Made by a program: the position numbers and the translations under genes
Assembly (NCBI GenBank): GCA_054661495.1
Contig: BAAFSQ010000097.1
Span: 1 to 32,000 of the forward strand
Length of the DNA stretch: 32,000 bases
Reading direction: 5' to 3'
Source: Zygophlyctis sp. KS116
Lineage: Eukaryota > Fungi > Chytridiomycota
The notes under the pieces: generated by a model
What the model saw: only the letters and a program-made list of their open reading frames with translations
Database searches by the model: none
What the model was told of the DNA's origin: nothing
In this document: positions 25,293 to 32,000 of the stretch, in pieces
How the letters are laid out: the number at the start of each line of letters is the position of its first letter
Position numbering within the stretch: position 1 is the stretch's first letter

Positions 25293-25975
25293 CAGGGGCC
25301 TCAAGAAGAGACCAGATGTCTTGAATTTCTTTTGAAAATTGTAGGAGGAAGCGCTTTAGTCATAATATCAGCCTCATTTTGGTGTGTAGAGACATGAGAA
25401 ATATTGAGATTGCCGTTAGAGACATGATCCTGGATAAAGTGATAACGCACATCGATGTGTTTGGTGTGAGAATGATCCTTTGTACCTAGAGTTAATTTAA
25501 TAGCCCCTTGATTATCTTCATAAATAGGAATAGGACTATTATGAGGTTACCCAAAATCAGAGAGTACATAGCGCCTCTTGAGCTGCAGTTGAAAGTGCCA
25601 TATATTCGGCTTCTGTGAAAGAAAGTGCAACTGTTCTTTGAAATTTACTAGCCCATGAAACATGACTTTCACCTAAAAAATAGACATACCTTGTGGTTGA
25701 TCTCCTACTATCTACATCACTTGCCCAATCTGCATCAGTAAAACCCTAGAGTTTTAATTTAGATGTACCACCCAAAACTACTCCATGATTAATCGTTCCT
25801 TTTAAGTATTTAAGAATTTGTTTGACAGTTGTCCAGTGAGATTGTCCAGGATTTTGCATATAACGACAGACTTGACCAACAGCATTTCCAATATCTGGAC
25901 GAGAACCAGATACAAGATATAATAGACTGCCAACGGTTTCACGAAAGGGAATCTTGGCCATTATTTGGGGCATAT
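25293..25975 (-). mobile_element. Ty1/Copia RT-end/RNase H fragment (degenerate)
   Basis: [51 protein letters not shown] with frameshifts. Confidence 0.9.
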
Positions 25976-25979
25976 GTCT

Positions 25980-27580
25980 ACAAGTTCAATAGTTACACCA
26001 ATTTTAAGATATTATTGGTGGCCAACTGTGGAACGGGAATTAAGAATTTTTACACAACGGTGTCCTAAATGCCAGTTAAACTAAAGTCATAAAGCTAGTA
26101 CAGCCAATCATTCTCCATTAAAACCCATTCCGCCAGTTGGTCTACCTTTCGAACGTTGGGGGGTGGATTTTATTGGGCGATTACCTGAAACTAAATTAGG
26201 CAATAAGTACATTATAACAGCAATAGACTATGCTACTCGATGGGTTGTAGCAAAGGCGGTGAAAGATATGACTTCTACAACTGTTGTTGATTTTCTTTAT
26301 AATGATATAATTATGCATTATGGCGTACCTATTGAATTATTTACTGATCGCGGCAAGTCATTTCTGTCAGAAGGAATTCAAGAATATTATTCAAGAACAG
26401 GAATTCATCATATAGCTACTACAACTCACCATCCTCAAACCAATGGCATGGTTGAGAGGATGCATTCAATAGTAAATCATTTAATAACGACTTTGGCAGA
26501 TGCTCAAAAAACAAGATGGGATGAATTTCTCAACATGACTTTATTCGCTTTAAGAGTTAGACAGCATACTACCACGAAGTACTCACCTTTCTGTTTGTTG
26601 TATGGTGTCAACCCAAGATTGCCAATTGACCCAAGACCCCCTCCGGATACAGTACAAGCTTTAGATGATGTGGAATTACTTGAATTTCAAGGTTTATTCA
26701 CTGCTGGGGAACTTGAAGACTTGGGACATGATCATGCTGCAGCTTACAAGCACACGTTGGTTCAGGCCGAACAAATGAAAAAACGGCATAACATTGATGA
26801 TAATCAACCAGATTACTAAGCTCAAACATTGGGATAAATTAAAGTTCGAATTCAAATGGAAAGGTCCTTTCCATATTGCTAAACTAGGAAAGCCAGGGAC
26901 TTATTGGTTAATTACCCTCGCGGAGACTTCTTGGAATCAACAGTTAATCAAAGTGATCTAGCACAGTGGTTGGCAACGACGCCTGATAATGAATCTTATT
27001 TCTATGATGGTACAATTCAACATTCTTCTGCAGCTTCCCTTAGTTTGAAATCTTCAACTGTCAATGGTGACACAGATCCTGCTCTTCAATCCATTGGCTC
27101 TGGTCTTAGAAGGGAGGATATTGTTATAGCGTAAGTCCTACACACGTGCAAGGGTCTTGTGACATAGTTTGCGTTTGTGTTTCAGATACATGCAAATTTG
27201 CTTGAAGGGCTAACCCTTCTTTTCTTTTTTTTAGTTGGATTATCAATCAGAATCTTTTATTTTCGAAAGAGATTTACATTGCATTTGAGTTATACTTACT
27301 TAAATTTGCAATCGTTATAGCAAAGTTTGTTACACTTCACTCCACATACTACTCAATATCTGAAAGTGGACCTCAGCGGCTTCTCACGGCTGATTTTCTT
27401 TATTGTTTGGACACGTGTTTGGGATGCATATTTTATCTAAAGTGTCTAGGATTTAGTTGTACATTTAACAAAGTTCATATCTATCTTGTTCCTTGTTAAT
27501 CTTGTGTGCTGAGTTCTGATTCTTGTTGAACTCTTATATTTTCCAGTCTTGTATTGTTATCTCGCACTTGTCTCGTAACA
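25980..27580 (+). mobile_element. Ty3/Gypsy 3' part: integrase, PPT and 3' LTR (27122-27580)
   Basis: CPKCQL zinc finger, WGVDFIG, TDRGKSF, HPQTNGMVER, KWKGPF; purine tract agaagggaggata then TGTTA...TAACA. Confidence 0.88.
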
Positions 27581-27863
27581 TCTTTACACGTTATGTGAAT
27601 TTAGGAACTGATTTGGGTCTGGATGAAGGCTAATGCCTAGGAGCCATGTACTAACCTTTTTACTCCCTGTAGCAGAGTTTTTACGGGTGGTACTTAACGT
27701 GGCGTATTTTACCTCTTTTGGGAGGTTTATCTTAAAAAGTCATCTCAGTGAACTAATCAGTCGAATCGAATTGAGAACTCTTGTCTGAACTTAATTTTAT
27801 TCATTCTTTACCTTGAAGAATTGCTATCTCTAGTTCGTAAGAAGGTGCGATTTTCCAAAGTTA

Positions 27864-28239
27864 TGTTACGATTGGATGTCTTTGATGGGAAAGGTCAAAG
27901 ATAACTAGCATCGTAAACTAACTAAACAAGTTGGAAGTGGAATATGATTTAATTAAGCAATGGGAATAATAAAAAAAAAAGAATAATGATCAGATAATGC
28001 TTAATTGCAAGAAGAAATAGAATACTGAAGCTTAACTAGTTAATTCGACTATGAGAGTCATGAAACAAGGGTTACGCCTATTTATCATCATTATGTTTCA
28101 TAAAATCAAATTATACGTTTCAAGAATAATCCTTCGTAGATCAGCTACATACTTTGAGCATTGACAATAAAACTCTAGTTTAAGATTTAGGTCTGAGGCA
28201 AGTTCAGAATTAAGGGTGTACGATCCTGAGATCGTAACA
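27864..28239. mobile_element. Probable solo LTR (376 bp)
   Basis: Perfect 9-bp terminal inverted repeat TGTTACGAT...ATCGTAACA; flanks gtta/atta (4-bp TSD with 1 mismatch). Confidence 0.65.
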
Positions 28240-28344
28240 ATTATGTTACACTCTCTCGCGCTTCACATGGTTTAGAGGCTAGTTTGCTTAGATGCTGGAT
28301 TGATCGTGATAAGAGTTAAAAGTAAATCTCAGTAAGTCTTATAA

Positions 28345-28403
28345 CTAGGAAATATAAGATTATATTTTGCCTTACCTAGGAAATATAAGATTATATTTTG
28401 CCT
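28345..28403. repeat. 28-bp direct duplication (period 31) in the Copia 3' LTR region
   Basis: ctaggaaatataagattatattttgcct at 28345-28372 and 28376-28403. Confidence 0.9.
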
Positions 28404-31162
28404 AGGACGCGAAGCGCCTTTCAAATCAATACACTCCCACAGTTTCACAATGCCTGGCATGGAGAAACTGATACAATCATAATCCTATTAGGAGCCTCCC
28501 TGAGAGACAAGTAATTGTGAATGACGATTAAAAATAGTGGGTGGAAGTGCTTTTGTCATAAGATCAGCCACGTTTTGATGGGTATAGATATGAGAAACAT
28601 TAGTAGTACCAGTAGCCACATGATCCTGAATAAAATGATATCTTACATCGATATGCTTAGTTCTAGAATTATGGGTTTTAAGTTTTACTGCAGTCCAATG
28701 AGTATGTCCGGGATTGTGCATATATTTGCAAACTTGGCCAACAGCATTGGCGATATCAGGGCGAGAACCATATACTAAATACAACAAACTGCCAACCGTT
28801 TCACTATATGGCACATTTTGAATTTTACGCATATCTTCAGCATTATTAGGAGACATAGCAGAAGATAACTTGACTGACGGATTCATAGGAGTTGTCACGG
28901 TATTACAGTCAACCATTCCCGTCCTTTTAAGCAGGGTTGTAATATAGCGTTCTTGAAAGATTCTAATAACTCCTTTAGCCTGATTATAATCAAATTGTAA
29001 ACCCAAATAATGTTTGAGGCAGCCTAAATCTTTGACTGGAAGTAAATTTTTAATTGCAGATTTTAATTTGTCCATATTAGCTGCCCCAGAGATGGCTAGA
29101 GCGAGATCATCGACATACAGGGTGACATAGGCCTTGGTGCCATTAAAAATACCAGTATAAAGACATTGATCTTTGCGATTTGCTTTAAAACCTAAAGAAG
29201 AAAGTATATCATGTGCTTTAGAATACCATGCACGTGGTGCTTGTTTAAGGCCATATAATGCACGGTGCAATTTAACAATGGTCCCTGATAGATGACCAAA
29301 ACCATCTGGTAATCGCAGATAAACCTCTTCTTCCAATGGAGCTAAAAGAAAAGCTGTATCAACATCCATATTGTGGATTTCCATGTGCTTTGAGGCAGTC
29401 GTAGCTAGCATAACAAGAAAACTCACAAATTTAGCAACAGGAGCAAAGGTATTACCACAATCGACGCCATCAATTTGAGTAAAACCTTGGGCAACAAGGC
29501 GTGCCTTTTCTAAAATAGATCCATCAGCCAAAATTTTTTCAGTAAACACCCAACGCGATCCTACAGCTTTACGACCAGTAGGTAATGAACAAGGAGAGAA
29601 AACATTATTTTTGTGCAATGATTCAATTTATATATCCATAGCGATTTGCCATAGAGTGGGCTAATCGGACATTTGAGCTTGATTATAATTATTTGGAATA
29701 TTATCATGGGTTATATCAGCGAGAAAAGAACCAGCAGTAAAAGAAGCAGCAAGTAACGAAATTTGTGGAGGAGTTGTATCGCTACAAGATGGTGAATTGA
29801 TTTGATCCCGAGAACGAGTCCGAGTACTTATAGGTGGATCTTCAGGAGGAGAATGATCACGCTCTGGTTCACTGCATTCATAGCTATCAGAAGAAATTAA
29901 AGTAGAGGAGTTACTAGACGAAACATCAGAAGATAAATGAGATTCAATGGCACTTAATGAAGACATACTTGGTAGCTACATCGACAAATTTGACATTGCC
30001 ATTCCTAGAATCAGAAGAGATCGTAGAAAAGGGGCCTTGATAATCGGCTTCAAATAATTCACCAGAACAAACATTGAGATTATTTTGACTTATCCTAGGT
30101 ATATTTTTACGTATCATTTTGCCTTCTGCACAAGCTTAAAAGTTTATATAACCTAAAATTAAAAAGTTTATATAGTCGTGGCAGATCATCAAAAAATCGA
30201 TGACCCAATATCTCATGAGCTTCTGTCCAGGTTTTAGATATCAGAGAAGTAGCACTAGGAGAGCCAGGTTTAAGGCTAGTACAATGTGCAGTGCCCCCTG
30301 TCATATGTTGTGTACAACCAGAGTCGAGATACCACTCAGAATCCGGAGAAAGACACGAGTAACTTTAAGTGGTTTATTTTGCGAGCATCTGTAAGAGCCA
30401 GCTTGATGATAAAAATCTTTAAATCCCGCATCCCTACAGGAAGTGCACACAGGTTTAAGATGTGGATGACAACCAAAACATCGATCAATGGGATACTGCT
30501 TACCTGCTCTAGTTTTTTGCTTATTACAAAGTTTGACTTGTGTCAGGAGAGCAGAAGTAGTATCGTTTTCTTTGGATTTAAAGAGTCTGAGTTCTTGTAG
30601 AACTCGTAATTTTGCAGAGTCAAAAGAAGTAGACTTATTGTGCATTAATTCAGATCGAACTGAAAGAAGTTCATTAGGTAGTTTGACGAAAAGTAACATT
30701 AGAGAGATGTTGCTACCAGATAACCCATCAGAGGAATTAAAAGACGACATCAATTTAGTTAAGGTAAGAAGACTCTCTTCAACGTTTGCGTCCATTAGAA
30801 GAGTAAAATTAACAATATCTGTGAGCAATTGAGTTTTTAACAGCAGTGAGTTAGGTTCCAAATTACTTATAAGAGCATCCCACATAGAAAGAGAGGTAAG
30901 AGGTCTTGGGATATTCTTCAAGTAGGAATTTTCACAGAGTACACAACAATTAAACTTAAAATTTGAAAACTACAGAAGAAAGTTTTGGACGACTCGCATC
31001 CAAATCCCATTCATCATGATTTTGCAACAAGTCAATCGTATGATTTTTCCAACGAATAAAATTATTGGGCCCCTCTAGTTTTTCAAAGTCAGAGGGTATT
31101 AAAATTGTCTTTTTGTTTTCTTCAGTCATTTGAGGCAGTTTAAGAGCTTGGTGCTTATAACA
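28346..31162 (-). mobile_element. Internally deleted Ty1/Copia element (gag-PR-[INT deleted]-RT-partial RNase H)
   Basis: gag ATG 31129 (KLEGPNNFIRWK), protease WYLDSGCTQHMTG near 30300, RT KARLVAQGF, MDVDTAFL, ALYGLKQAPRAW, LYVDD, terminal ADLMTKAL; PBS-like TGTTATAAGC near 31153-31162. Confidence 0.9.
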
Positions 31163-31348
31163 GTGGTGTAGTTTTAATTTGTCTTTTCAACAAAGTTCTT
31201 TTGTCTTGTTCTTTGTGGTTGTTCTCTGAGTCCTATTTTAATTAGAGAATTATTGATACTACTATACTGTCCTTTTGATCCCTGTCCTTGCAACAGTTTG
31301 AAAAGACCTTTTTCTCCCGTTTGTGAAATACATCTCTGCTCTAGAAAA

Positions 31349-32000
31349 ATGAATGCAGATAATAATACTTCTCGTCCTCAAACTCCTATGGCTGCTCAGG
31401 ATATGGACCCTCAGCTACTGCAGAATATTTTGGTGGCTCTTACTAATCTACAGATCCAGTTTTCCCGAGACCCCAGAGTCCCTGATGTACCAGTCTTTAA
31501 TGGAAACAAGGCCCAGTATTCTACATTCTTAGCCCGTTTGAAAAATTTCTTTGCAATGCAACCTACTGTTTATGATTCGGATAGAAAAAAGTTGGCTATG
31601 TAGTTTCACGTTTGGAAGGTGCCGCTGCGGATTGGGCAGTAGTGACATTGTTAGAAAATCCTGACTATAAATGTCATGTAGGTTTGATGGATAATTGGCA
31701 ATTATTTTTGGACTCCTTCTCTAAATTCTCGGACCCATTTGCAAAAAGAAATGCGACTGATGCACTTCTATCGCTCAGTCACGGTAAATCCCAATCCGTC
31801 CTTAGATATTGGACAAAATTCTCGGAACTGTTGTATCGTTCTAATATATCCGCTGATTCAGCTGAACCTCTCTTTGAAAGAGGTTTGAAATATGAAATTA
31901 GAGATCGCTTGGTAGATAAAGATCTCCCTGAAGATTTGGATTCTTATGTTAGAGCAGTTGTGGATTTGGATAATCGATTATATCGGTTAAAACAGGATAA
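31349..32000 (+). mobile_element. Ty3/Gypsy gag (retrotransposon capsid), frameshifted near 31598, runs off window
   Basis: PDVPVFNGNK...FL, SRLEGAAADWA, FSDP..A..LL.L..G..SV..Y..F, FERGLKYEIRDRL, A.DLDNRL. Confidence 0.85.

Noticed and set aside
21700-32000. RIP-type mutation of the TEs
   Set aside because: Decay is mainly indels and deletions with long ORFs still open; I cannot show a dinucleotide bias without a consensus alignment.

Overview
AT-rich eukaryotic DNA, most consistent with a fungus (an early-diverging, chytrid-like lineage is my inference from gene content and sequence style). Positions 1-21.55 kb are very gene-dense. They hold a Lys-rich secreted tandem-repeat protein, two inositol polyphosphate 5-phosphatases, a zinc-ribbon protein, a FIT/Scs3 protein, LUC7, USP7/UBP15, NOP9, TAPT1/EMP65, UTP13, a LisH-CTLH-CRA protein and two more secreted orphans. 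The ORF track is fragmented because the genes are cut by ultra-short GT-AG introns: I reconstructed 42 in seven genes, all 24-30 nt. Same-strand genes are packed with -4 to about 130 nt spacers, including an ATGA stop/start overlap. The three secreted-protein genes share a TGCGGCA upstream motif. From about 21.7 kb to the end is a nested transposon graveyard: Copia and Gypsy fragments, LTRs, a LINE-like remnant, and two Crypton-like tyrosine-recombinase fragments that themselves carry tiny introns, one inside a 732-bp element bounded by perfect 30-bp inverted repeats. All protein family calls come from motifs recognised by eye, not from database searches.
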